Of a stretch of DNA of 38,811 bases, positions 17,829 through 26,250 are shown one piece after another. The notes beneath the pieces were generated by a model, which had not been told where the DNA came from, did not search any database, and saw only the letters and a list, made by a program, of their open reading frames with translations. A program made the position numbers and the translations under genes. Position 1 is the stretch's first letter. Every line of letters starts with the position of its first letter. Source of the DNA: a virus; IMG/VR virus record IMGVR_UViG_3300030294_000092. The stretch is one strand, 5' to 3'.

Positions 17829-17875
17829 AACTCCCCGTAGTTTTGAGAAATCAAGACCACGGGGAGTTTCTTTTT
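17829..17875. terminator. Convergence-point terminator between the late (+) and early/replication (-) arms
   Basis: A 10-bp stem, aactccccgt (17829-17838) with acggggagtt (17859-17868), followed by tttctttttg on the + strand and by an imperfect T-rich tract on the - strand. It sits between the stops at 17806 (+) and 17878 (-). Confidence 0.8.
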
Positions 17876-17877
17876 GC

Positions 17878-19125
17878 TTACTGAGCTGGCTCCAGCCTAT
17901 CCATACCTGGAAGGGAAGTAGCACCTGGAAGGAGCCAGTGGCCGTTGCCACGTTGCTGGAGGATCAGGTAGCCGGAACGGACGGCTCCGGTAATGACAGC
18001 TTCGAAATCCTGCATCTTAGGGAAGTGGGAGTGGACGAAGCGATAGGCTTCTTCGTAAGGGCAGCCTCCTCGTTTGGCCACATACCAGATTAGACGTTCG
18101 GCGTAGACAGCATCTTCGGACTTGCCGATTTTTGAGAAGACAAACTGCATATCAGGTTCGAGGTCGGTGACCATCTGGTCAGCTAGGGCGAGGTGTTCGG
18201 CTTCGATGACGAGGCGGTCGCCCTCGGCTGCAGCTAAGATCATGGCTAGTTTGTGGATGTGGGTTTGCTTTCGGGCGAGATAACCTCCGAAGCGTTCGTC
18301 GTCGAGGTGGAGGTGTTTGGCAGAGTAGTGGCGGTCGTACCATGCCTTGCCCCAGACTTTAGCCTCTGTAGAGAGCTTGTATTCGCCCACGAGGGTTGAG
18401 ATTTGGCTGAGATCTTCGACTAACCGTTGGGCGATTTGCTTCATATTCTCCGGGACAAAATCACCTGGATAAGCCACGAGTTTATCTTTTTTGTCAGCAT
18501 AGACAAACACACAGCGGGAAGTAAACCCTCCTCCGATCATGTATTCTGGGAAATTACCAGCGATCCAAGCGGGAGTCGTGCAGGCAATGAGATTGATCCA
18601 AGGGTTCTCGACGATGTCACAACCAGATCCCTTTGTTTTCTTCTCAAACGCCCCTTGCTTCCCATCCCACAGTGACACCAGGAGATCGACCATTTCCTTA
18701 TCCTGAGGATTGAGTAGATTGCCAAACTCAGAAGATTCGATTGTGAGGGCCGACATCGCATGGAATTCTCCTTCGTATTCGTAGGAAATGGTGGCTTCGG
18801 CAAAGCCGGTTACGAGAGCTTGCCATGTCACGACATCGGGGCCGAACTTGATGTCAGGGACTTTTTTGAGAAGTGACATTCCGATGGTGGCAGTGGTTGA
18901 CTTTGAGACGATCCCAGGTGGAGCCACGAGGATGATGTAGAAGTTAGGATACCAGCGGAAGTAGGCCATGTCGATCCAAACATGACGGCGAAGCGCTCCA
19001 GCGACTGTGGAAACAGCCGTCCAAAAGTGCATGTGAGGCGGGGCTTCGGAGAAGGCCGCATATTCCATGAAGGCCTTGATCCAGTTAGGATAGTGTCGTC
19101 TGCTCATTACCCGCAAGCTCCCCAT
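17878..19125 (-). CDS. DUF3987-like P-loop NTPase (possible replicative helicase or primase-associated protein)
   Basis: The pattern HFWTAVSTVAGALRRHVWID...FYIILVAPPGIVSKSTTA resembles DUF3987/VirE-type phage proteins, from memory. An alternative start, ATG 19107, forms TAATG with the polymerase stop and has a GGGAG SD. Confidence 0.45.
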   Translation of the reverse strand: MGSLRVMSRRHYPNWIKAFMEYAAFSEAPPHMHFWTAVSTVAGALRRHVWIDMAYFRWYPNFYIILVAPPGIVSKSTTATIGMSLLKKVPDIKFGPDVVTWQALVTGFAEATISYEYEGEFHAMSALTIESSEFGNLLNPQDKEMVDLLVSLWDGKQGAFEKKTKGSGCDIVENPWINLIACTTPAWIAGNFPEYMIGGGFTSRCVFVYADKKDKLVAYPGDFVPENMKQIAQRLVEDLSQISTLVGEYKLSTEAKVWGKAWYDRHYSAKHLHLDDERFGGYLARKQTHIHKLAMILAAAEGDRLVIEAEHLALADQMVTDLEPDMQFVFSKIGKSEDAVYAERLIWYVAKRGGCPYEEAYRFVHSHFPKMQDFEAVITGAVRSGYLILQQRGNGHWLLPGATSLPGMDRLEPAQ

Positions 19126-21494
19126 GAAGTTTCACTCGTTACCAGACCAACTGGAATGATCAGAGGTTCATCATAAGGTAGCGGAACAGAACAGCAGTCA
19201 AGAATCTTTCCGACAGCTTCGTCTCGAAGTGATGTGGGGAACTGTCCGGCGAGAGAGTCGTGAACCTGAAGCAGAACTTGGATTTCGGGGTGCCGGTCAT
19301 GGATATTCTTATAACCTCGGTTGATAAGGCAGGCAACGGAAGATTGAGGAATTGAAGCCACAGCTTGATTGAAGATGGTTCCCTCAATTCGATCGAAGAA
19401 GTAGTTTCGGTAGCCGAAGACGTTTTCAACATAGCGGTCAGATCTGACACGAGCGCATATGTCGTCTTGCCAAGATTTGATTTGAGGGAACTTTCCGTAA
19501 TACCAGGCTTGAATCCGCTCAACCTCTGAAGCATTGAGGCCAATTCTCCCAGCGAGGCCGGAGGGTGTCCCGAGGTAATTTGTGCCATGGCAAAGGGCTT
19601 TGAATAGTTTGTAGCTGGGATGGTGCTTGTCAATTGTTGGGTCACGGTAGTATTCCTTGGCTACTTCAACGTAGGGCTTGAGACCTTCAGCAAACATGGC
19701 TTTCATCTCGGTGCAGTCGGATTCCCAGACTACGATGCGGAGATCAGCGCTGTCGAGGTCGATATCGAAGAAGGTTTTGTCAGGATCGGGGATGAAGAGT
19801 TTTCGAACATTAGGGAGGCCTGAGGCTTCATCACCTTTCGGAATGTTTTGCAGGTTCATCCCTGATCCGAAGGCGTTCTCGGAAGAAGAGAAGCGATAGG
19901 TTTCTGTTCCGGCGATATTGAAGGAACATCGCATACGTCGGTCTTCGTCAACAGGGGCTTCCAAAAATGTTGACCGAAAAACGCCAAGTGACCGGAGTTC
20001 TCTGATAACATCACATAGTGGGAGTAGCAAGGGTTCTCTGGCACTAATCCTCTCCAAGGCTGAGTCATCGGTGGTTGGGTTGCCGGTTTTTCGGGATATG
20101 ACAGGCTTCTGAGCGAAGAGGCGAAAGAAGGTGTCTTGCATTTGCTTGGGGGACTTGATGTTGAGGGGGAAGCCAAGGACGGAGGCTAACCAATCTTCTC
20201 GGGTTTTGATGGCTTCGGCCAGTTCTCCTGAGAGCCTCCCTTTGGATTGGTTATCAACGCAGATGCCGGTAATCATGGTCTGAAGCACGGGGTAGAAGAG
20301 GGATTGCTGGAAGTCATGGACGGAACGGAGTTTGGGCCAAGTTGGGGCAAAAGCGTCGATCATAGATTGCTGGACTGTGTCGATTTCGAAGGTTCGGATG
20401 CAGTCGCGGCAGTTGTAAATCCAGAGTTGTTTCTCACCCAGTTTTGGGTCCCAGTTTTTGGACTCGTCTTTCCAATAGATGTGATGCTTTGAATACATCG
20501 CTGAGAGGAAGTCGAGCCCCTTCTGCATGGAAGAGAACATCGAGTGCTGGGCCAGCATGGTGTCACGGTGGAACCGAGGGATGAAGTTCAGATGCCGGTA
20601 GAAATACTGAGCGTCGTAGATAAAGTTCTGCCCTATGATCTGGGCATTCGGGTGTGTGAGGAGCTGGTAGAGGAGGAAAGTAAGATAGGCTTCTTCATCC
20701 TCGCGCCAGTAGTTGATGCGGGATTGCCAGTTAGGCATGGCGGCAACCACGGCTCGGATCTGGGGGATGCAGATGGCATTGGTTTCTGACCAAGCAATGC
20801 CGATGCAAGCCAAATGTCCCCCACGGGTTTCCACGTCAACGGCAAGCTTGGTTGGGGATACCCGCACTTGTCCAAGTAGGTCTTGGAGACACTTGGCCGC
20901 TTCGGGGAAGCTAGGTTCGGCGATAAAACATTCCACTGGGGGAAGGATTGGCTCGTTACTGCAAGCGAGGTTCCAAGCTTTCCGTATATCATGGATAGCG
21001 ATGTTGCGCTCTTTCCAGAGCATTTGGATATAGGCAGGAGTATAAGTGGGAATGACATGGCAAGTATGGCCTCCTGGGGTTGTATATTCGAGGATTGAAG
21101 ACCGCCAAGCCTTCACCCCCCACTTCCCTGTCAATGCGAAAAGAACTCCGTTACCGAGGCCCAGAATAATCTTAGGCTTGACCAACTCGATATCAGCCAC
21201 AAGCCGAGAAAGCCCAGCCAGCACACAAGGCTTAACAAACTTATCATGCAGAGCTTTGTGATCGGGTATAATGTCCTTTTTGGCTTTGGCAACTTGGGAT
21301 TCGAAGTTTTGCCCACAGCAAGGTTCCTTGATAAGAGCCGAGATGAAGCATTGGGAGCGGTTGGCTCCGGCTTCGGAGAGCATTCGATCGAACTCTCTGT
21401 CGTTGAGGATGGTTGTGGACTGGAGGTCACGGTAGGAGACGCATTCAGCCACGATCATCATTTGGGCATTGGCAGGGCCATAGGGTTGGAGCAT
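19107..21494 (-). CDS. Family A DNA polymerase (3'-5' exonuclease plus polymerase) with an N-terminal UDG-superfamily-like domain
   Basis: ExoI LAVDVETRG; ExoII IIGQNFIYDAQY; ExoIII YNCRDCIRT. Motif A DIDLDSADLRIV; motif B KLFKALCHGTNYLG; motif C LLQVHDSLAGQ. The N-terminal ~190 aa (PYGPANAQMMIVAECVS...VIPTYTPAYI) follow the layout of a family-4 UDG. Confidence 0.9.
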   Translation of the reverse strand: MLQPYGPANAQMMIVAECVSYRDLQSTTILNDREFDRMLSEAGANRSQCFISALIKEPCCGQNFESQVAKAKKDIIPDHKALHDKFVKPCVLAGLSRLVADIELVKPKIILGLGNGVLFALTGKWGVKAWRSSILEYTTPGGHTCHVIPTYTPAYIQMLWKERNIAIHDIRKAWNLACSNEPILPPVECFIAEPSFPEAAKCLQDLLGQVRVSPTKLAVDVETRGGHLACIGIAWSETNAICIPQIRAVVAAMPNWQSRINYWREDEEAYLTFLLYQLLTHPNAQIIGQNFIYDAQYFYRHLNFIPRFHRDTMLAQHSMFSSMQKGLDFLSAMYSKHHIYWKDESKNWDPKLGEKQLWIYNCRDCIRTFEIDTVQQSMIDAFAPTWPKLRSVHDFQQSLFYPVLQTMITGICVDNQSKGRLSGELAEAIKTREDWLASVLGFPLNIKSPKQMQDTFFRLFAQKPVISRKTGNPTTDDSALERISAREPLLLPLCDVIRELRSLGVFRSTFLEAPVDEDRRMRCSFNIAGTETYRFSSSENAFGSGMNLQNIPKGDEASGLPNVRKLFIPDPDKTFFDIDLDSADLRIVVWESDCTEMKAMFAEGLKPYVEVAKEYYRDPTIDKHHPSYKLFKALCHGTNYLGTPSGLAGRIGLNASEVERIQAWYYGKFPQIKSWQDDICARVRSDRYVENVFGYRNYFFDRIEGTIFNQAVASIPQSSVACLINRGYKNIHDRHPEIQVLLQVHDSLAGQFPTSLRDEAVGKILDCCSVPLPYDEPLIIPVGLVTSETSWGACG

Positions 21495-21559
21495 GGGTGA
21501 TCCTTAGGAGGGGAAGTGAAAGCAGATGTAGAGTAACATCAGACAAATGGCTGTGAGTC

Positions 21560-22891
21560 TCATAGCATAGCCGGTTCAGAGTCGAGGGCATTGAGACGGT
21601 TGACTGAGATACCGTAATATTCGGAATTTAGTTCAAGTCCCGTAGCATAGAGCTTAAGCCCGTGGGCCGCTGGGAAAATTGTCCCTGAGCCTGCGAAAGC
21701 ATCGAGAACAGTGTCGCCGGGGCTGGTCGAACGCTTGAGCAGGTCGATGTAGAGTTCAACAGGCTTATTGGCTCCGTGGGTGAGATTCTCCTCGAGCTTG
21801 CAAGGGATAACGTCAGGGTAGATGCCAGTGACTTTTCGACCACCTTTAAGGGCATAGAGAATATATTCATGCTGTCTCCTAGGGCCTTGGTCGGGAAGGG
21901 GTACACGGCCAGAACCGAGTTTGTAGACGATGATAGGGGTGCGGAATACATACCAGCCAGCAGCTTGCATCTTGGCCTTGAGGAGGTGGAATTTATCGAA
22001 ATCACAGAAGATGTAAGCATGGGCTTGAGGCTTTGCCACGCGGAAGGCCTCTGAGCAGAAGGCGTCCATGAGCTTATTCCAAGCTTCCGGACTATCATCA
22101 TAATGATGCTCTGAATTAACCATTTTCCCCCCACCGTCTCCAAAGTTCTGGGCGTTCATCCCATAAGGTGGGTCAGTGAGGATAACGTCAAATTGATTGT
22201 CAGGGCTTTCGGCCATCCACTGCAGACAGTCAACGTGGAATAGCTTGTGTGCAGAGGAGTTATAAGAAACACCGACAGTTTCCGCCAGCCGTTGGTGTTT
22301 TTGCCGAGCTTCCTCACGTTTAAGGGCTTTGAAAGCTTCTTTTTCGTTCTTGGCTCCGGATACCAGAGGATTGGAGAGATGGTCGGCGAGGAGAATTGAC
22401 TGGCGGTTTGTCGTGTAGTCAGCCGAAGCTTGACCACCGCTTTCTGATACTTCGCGGATCGTGTCCGCGATTGAGTGTGATTGGCCCACCATCTCGGCTT
22501 GAGCAGTACGCAGTCGATGGAGACGGGCAAGGGCTTCCGAGCGTTCCTGCCAAGTAAGATCTTGACGCTTGAGATTTTCATCGAGTTCGGCCTCTTCGGC
22601 TTCGAGGGGGGTTAGTTCGCCAAGGGTGACGATGGGGAGGTGATCGGGGGGGATTTGGAGGCCGTTGTGGCGCGTTCCGTCTCCGAGGAGCCAAATAGTC
22701 TCTAGGGCGCGCAATCGACGCTCGCCGGCCACAAGAACCGGCCCCTCGAGGGTTTCTCGCACAACAATCGGGTGGAGTAGCCCAAGACTGGAAATTGAGT
22801 TTGCGAGGTCTGTCAGAGCCTCGGGATCAAATTCTTTCCGCTGGCGATCAGGGGAGATGATTAGTTTCGAACGGTGGATGTGGGAAGTCAT
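21560..22891 (-). CDS. ParB-like nuclease domain fused to an N6-adenine/N4-cytosine DNA methyltransferase
   Basis: The N-terminus IISPDRQRKEFD...LGLLHPIVVRE...VLVAGERRLRA is ParB/Srx-like. DVILTDPPYG is motif IV (DPPY). VLDAFAGSGTIFPAA is motif I. This order is that of the beta class. Confidence 0.85.
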   Translation of the reverse strand: MTSHIHRSKLIISPDRQRKEFDPEALTDLANSISSLGLLHPIVVRETLEGPVLVAGERRLRALETIWLLGDGTRHNGLQIPPDHLPIVTLGELTPLEAEEAELDENLKRQDLTWQERSEALARLHRLRTAQAEMVGQSHSIADTIREVSESGGQASADYTTNRQSILLADHLSNPLVSGAKNEKEAFKALKREEARQKHQRLAETVGVSYNSSAHKLFHVDCLQWMAESPDNQFDVILTDPPYGMNAQNFGDGGGKMVNSEHHYDDSPEAWNKLMDAFCSEAFRVAKPQAHAYIFCDFDKFHLLKAKMQAAGWYVFRTPIIVYKLGSGRVPLPDQGPRRQHEYILYALKGGRKVTGIYPDVIPCKLEENLTHGANKPVELYIDLLKRSTSPGDTVLDAFAGSGTIFPAAHGLKLYATGLELNSEYYGISVNRLNALDSEPAML

Positions 22892-23235
22892 TGGGCTTGC
22901 TCCGGCGTGAGGTCGGCTTCTTTGATGAAAACCCCGTCGATCATACGACCCTTGCGGTCTTTGATTTCATGCCAGGCAAGATTGGCGGAAGCTGTGAGGG
23001 ATAGACCAAGCTGTCGGGTAATGATCGTCATAATGACAAGCATGTCACCGAAGGAGTCTTCGATCTTGATTTTATCCTGACGGGCTATGCCATTAGCCAG
23101 TTCGCCAAGCTCCTCCATTAGTTTAACCATCTGGCGAAAGGGGTCAGAGCCTTTGACAAGGTTGCGTTCCTCTGCCCATTCGGCAAACTTAGGAACGAGC
23201 TGATCCAGGGTGAGATAGGGGAGAATTGTGGTCAC
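22888..23235 (-). CDS. mazG: MazG-like nucleoside triphosphate pyrophosphohydrolase (115 aa, GTG start)
   Basis: The pattern LMEELGELANGIARQD...EDSFGDMLVIMTII matches the EExxE...ExxD MazG helix pair. GGAAGGAAG SD. ATGA overlap with the methyltransferase start. Confidence 0.75.
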   Translation of the reverse strand: MTTILPYLTLDQLVPKFAEWAEERNLVKGSDPFRQMVKLMEELGELANGIARQDKIKIEDSFGDMLVIMTIITRQLGLSLTASANLAWHEIKDRKGRMIDGVFIKEADLTPEQAQ

Positions 23236-23254
23236 TTGAACTTCCTTCCAAACG

Positions 23255-23287
23255 AAAAAACAGCCGAGGCGGGTTAGACCTCGGCTG
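23255..23287 (-). terminator. Rho-independent terminator (- strand) after the SSB-like gene
   Basis: On the - strand: cagccgagg, loop tctaacccg, cctcggctg, followed by tttttt (23260-23255). Confidence 0.8.
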
Positions 23288-23309
23288 CTGGTTTAGTTAG
23301 CCGAGGGAA

Positions 23310-23756
23310 TTAAGCCTTGGCGATTTTCTTGATTTCGGCATAAACATCTTCGCCGTTGATCCGGTGGGAAACGAGGACCTTGGCCAGCCGGCCCTGGATT
23401 GCACCGAAAGAGAAGGGCTCGCCAGGCTTGTTCAGATCGAGAGCCTCGCGGATGCGACCGAGGCCGATGTTTTTGCCCTTGGAGAAGTCCATCGCGCCGG
23501 TTTCGGTCAGATCGAGCATCTGCTGCTGAGTGACCTTGACAGTATCGCGGCCAAGAAGGGCCTTGACGTTGTCGTCGAGAATGTCCCAGACGATTTCGAG
23601 CTTCACGCCAGAGGAGGAGCCATCGCGGCTCGACCAAGGCTTAATATCGACTTTCTCGGCAAGGGCTTGGTATTCGCCGGCAGGGACGGGGATGACCTTG
23701 GTGTCGTTGGCATCGGTGTAGGAGGTGTTAAGGAAGGTGTTGGGATCGAATGACAT
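23310..23756 (-). CDS. Putative single-stranded DNA-binding protein (DUF669-like)
   Basis: MSFDPNTFLN...IPVPAGEYQALAEKVDIKPW...LEIVWDILDD resembles the DUF669 phage SSB family that accompanies Sak4 ATPases. Strong AAGGAAA SD and its own terminator suggest high expression. Confidence 0.55.
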   Translation of the reverse strand: MSFDPNTFLNTSYTDANDTKVIPVPAGEYQALAEKVDIKPWSSRDGSSSGVKLEIVWDILDDNVKALLGRDTVKVTQQQMLDLTETGAMDFSKGKNIGLGRIREALDLNKPGEPFSFGAIQGRLAKVLVSHRINGEDVYAEIKKIAKA

Positions 23757-23839
23757 GAGATGTTTCCTTGGTTTGAGATATGGGGCTTTGAACTAGAGAA
23801 TAGACTAGGAGGCCCCTGCACCTAGCTATGGGAAAGGGA

Positions 23840-24685
23840 TTAGTTCGAGGTATTGCGGCTGATCCACTTGGTCAGGATCGTCGCAAACGTCGGGGGAATG
23901 TCAGACTGAATAGGCAAAGACCTCGTTTTCACGTCAGCCATTGTCGAGGCCGTGTCCCAAGTCCATTTGGTGCCGGAACGGGCAGTCAGAATAACGTCTG
24001 AAAACATGGCTGGGAACTTCGGAGCGATGGCCTTACCAAGCGTTGAAACCATCAGCTTCACCCCGCCGAGGACTGCGTCGACTTCCCGCTCGACGTGAGC
24101 AAGGAGAACGAAGTGGCAGGCACAATGATCACAAAGCATCTGAACGAGTTTGATGACTTGATCCTGGGCAATGCCCCAGTCAGATTGGTTTTTAACTGCC
24201 TTCCCACCGACTACGAGGGACATAGCGCACTGGGCAATGCCGGTGGCTCCATCGACGACCAAGACTCGGGTTTGATCCCAAGTGTTCACCGCGCCAAACT
24301 TCTCTCCGGTTCGATCGTCGGGGAAGTTATTGAGGGCTTCGAGAAGCGAGATGAATTGATTGTGCTTGGACTTGTTCGGGTCGGACATTTTGGCGAGGGA
24401 ATCAAGGTTCAAGGTGTTGATGTTCTTCGCATTCTGCATCATCTCTGTGAACGAGGCCACAGGGGCTTGAACCTTATGCCAGTGGAGGTTGGAAGGAATT
24501 TCCTTCCCAGCATCCTTCCAATAGCCGAGGAGAGATTCCATGCCGGCTTCGAGAGCGAGGTAGAAGACTTCTACGCCGGTGTCGACCAGTGTGCCGATGC
24601 TGTGCGTTTTGCCTGTGCCGGAAGGTCCCATGAGCAGCACATTCAAACCTGGCAGGGTGAAGGGAGGTTTCAAATCGACGGACAT
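23840..24685 (-). CDS. Sak4-like (AAA_24) RecA-fold ATPase / recombination mediator
   Basis: Walker A LLMGPSGTGKTHS; Walker B VLVVDGATG. ATG 24685 has an AAAGGAA SD, whereas the longer track ORF begins at a TTG (24742) overlapping the upstream gene. Confidence 0.7.
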   Translation of the reverse strand: MSVDLKPPFTLPGLNVLLMGPSGTGKTHSIGTLVDTGVEVFYLALEAGMESLLGYWKDAGKEIPSNLHWHKVQAPVASFTEMMQNAKNINTLNLDSLAKMSDPNKSKHNQFISLLEALNNFPDDRTGEKFGAVNTWDQTRVLVVDGATGIAQCAMSLVVGGKAVKNQSDWGIAQDQVIKLVQMLCDHCACHFVLLAHVEREVDAVLGGVKLMVSTLGKAIAPKFPAMFSDVILTARSGTKWTWDTASTMADVKTRSLPIQSDIPPTFATILTKWISRNTSN

Positions 24686-24698
24686 TTGGGCAGTTCCT

Positions 24699-25022
24699 TT
24701 AGTCGAGGTTGTGAGGATGGCTAGGGTGGGCGAGGTAGTCAAGCTCTGAATTTAGCTGGTAGAGGGCAATGGGGAGAGGAACTGGCCAGCCCACAAGTTC
24801 CAAAGCTTCAACAGAACCCTGGATAGCATAAGGCGTAGGAGGGCAGGCTCGACAGCAACCGATCCTGAATTTATAAGGTCGGAGGCTCTCCCCTTCGTAA
24901 GCTCTCATATGGGCATAGGCTTCTCCGCAAGTTCCACATAGCCACTTGATCGACCAGGCTCCATGGGGAAGTTGTGGGTAGTCCACAACCCCTCCAGAGA
25001 ATAACCACTCTCGCCTACGCAT
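24699..25022 (-). CDS. Small Cys-rich hypothetical protein (107 aa)
   Basis: CGTCGE...GCCRACPP looks like a zinc-binding pattern. The 8-nt overlap ATGCGTAG with the nuclease gene suggests translational coupling. Confidence 0.55.
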   Translation of the reverse strand: MRRREWLFSGGVVDYPQLPHGAWSIKWLCGTCGEAYAHMRAYEGESLRPYKFRIGCCRACPPTPYAIQGSVEALELVGWPVPLPIALYQLNSELDYLAHPSHPHNLD

Positions 25023-25959
25023 GGAAGCTTTCGAGATAGGCGTTGTAGTCTTCCATGGACTGTTCCTGGCGGGCGAGAGGGTTCCAGACTCTTTGAACGT
25101 GGTAGGTCGAGAGCCATGCTTCGGGGTCGGAGGACTTGCAAACAGAGGTGAGGGCGCAGCCGCCGTATTCAGCGCAAGCGTGGTCGAGGTTGTAGTCCCA
25201 CCAGCCGTCTTTCCAGCACTGGATCATGCGCTCAATATCGCGGCAGGTTTGATCAAGCCAGCGGTTGACTTCATAAGGGCTGCGGTAGGTGAGGACTTGC
25301 TGAGTGTCATACTTTGTCTTAAGGATGGAAACTCCTCGGATGCAGACACCGGCTGGGTTGAGGCCATATTGCTGTGCGGCCCAGCAGTAGCCGGTGAATT
25401 GACTGCGCATTTCCCACTGCTTAGCCCATGAAGCCCCAAGGGAGGTTGTGGTCTTTTCATCGTAGATGTAGACCCCGCCGTAGGCTTCCGCGATCATGTC
25501 ACTCCGGCCCGTGTAGAGGATAGGGTCGCCAGTGACTGGGTGATTGATTGGCAGAGGGCAGGCAAAAGAGAACTCAATTCCTGACTTTCCATGGGAGAAC
25601 TTAACTGGTGTTGCTCCATCTGCTCCCAGCGGGTAAGCGTTGAAGTAAAATTCGAGAGCGCCCGCAGTGCGTTCAAGTGATTTGGCACTGTCGGGTGGAC
25701 ACTCAAAGTCTCCGTAGTGAGTGATAAGCGAAGCCAGGCCTGCTGCAACGGCATCGGGAGCGGCCTGCCCTTCTTCGTAGAATGCCACACGAGCCGCTTC
25801 CACTCCTGATGCAAAAGCACCACCTGCGATAAGGTGGACGGACTCGCTGGCGGGTTTCCAATGCTGGAGATAGGTTCGGAAAGCTTTCTGGGGGCATGAG
25901 CGGAAAGTCCCAAGGGTGGTGGAGTCGATGGCGACGGGGAAGCGGATGGAGTTCGGCAT
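25015..25959 (-). CDS. PD-(D/E)XK nuclease (Cas4/RecB-like exonuclease with a probable Fe-S Cys cluster)
   Basis: GRSDMIAEAYGGVYIYDEKTT supplies D...D-E-K. An N-terminal Cys (FRSCPQKAF) plus the C-terminal CAEYGGCALTSVC follow the arrangement of Cas4/AddB-type clusters. Confidence 0.7.
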   Translation of the reverse strand: MPNSIRFPVAIDSTTLGTFRSCPQKAFRTYLQHWKPASESVHLIAGGAFASGVEAARVAFYEEGQAAPDAVAAGLASLITHYGDFECPPDSAKSLERTAGALEFYFNAYPLGADGATPVKFSHGKSGIEFSFACPLPINHPVTGDPILYTGRSDMIAEAYGGVYIYDEKTTTSLGASWAKQWEMRSQFTGYCWAAQQYGLNPAGVCIRGVSILKTKYDTQQVLTYRSPYEVNRWLDQTCRDIERMIQCWKDGWWDYNLDHACAEYGGCALTSVCKSSDPEAWLSTYHVQRVWNPLARQEQSMEDYNAYLESFHA

Positions 25960-26231
25960 CAGTAGGGCACCTTGTCAAATTCGGCATCCTCAACCTGGGG
26001 GTCAGACTTAGGAGCTTCGAGAGCTGGGACTCGAATATCAGCGGCAAGGATTTTCGAAGCTGCTTCTGCTCTGAAACGATCAAGGGCCAGGGCACAGATT
26101 TCTTGAATAGCCGCAGCTTCTTCAGCGGTGAAATTAATCTGCTGGCGGAAATTTTCATCTTGGAGGGCGAAATGACCAGAGATAGGGTGGCTTTGCATAT
26201 AGGTGTCGAGGAAGACGGTGGAGATATACAT
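25959..26231 (-). CDS. Hypothetical protein (90 aa)
   Basis: ATG 26231 is preceded by an AAGGAAA SD and the CCCCTGCC leader core. The longer 26285 start would overlap the upstream gene by 35 nt. Confidence 0.5.
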   Translation of the reverse strand: MYISTVFLDTYMQSHPISGHFALQDENFRQQINFTAEEAAAIQEICALALDRFRAEAASKILAADIRVPALEAPKSDPQVEDAEFDKVPY

Positions 26232-26250
26232 GGCAGGGGTTTCCTTGTGG

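Noticed and set aside
24095-24724. 209-aa + strand ORF opposite the Sak4-like ATPase, and similar + strand ORFs within the - arm (for example 28263-28748, 25021-25431, 30316-30825)
   Set aside because: They are antisense to genes with diagnostic motifs (Walker A/B, helicase motifs). They have no SD and show the composition bias typical of shadow frames.
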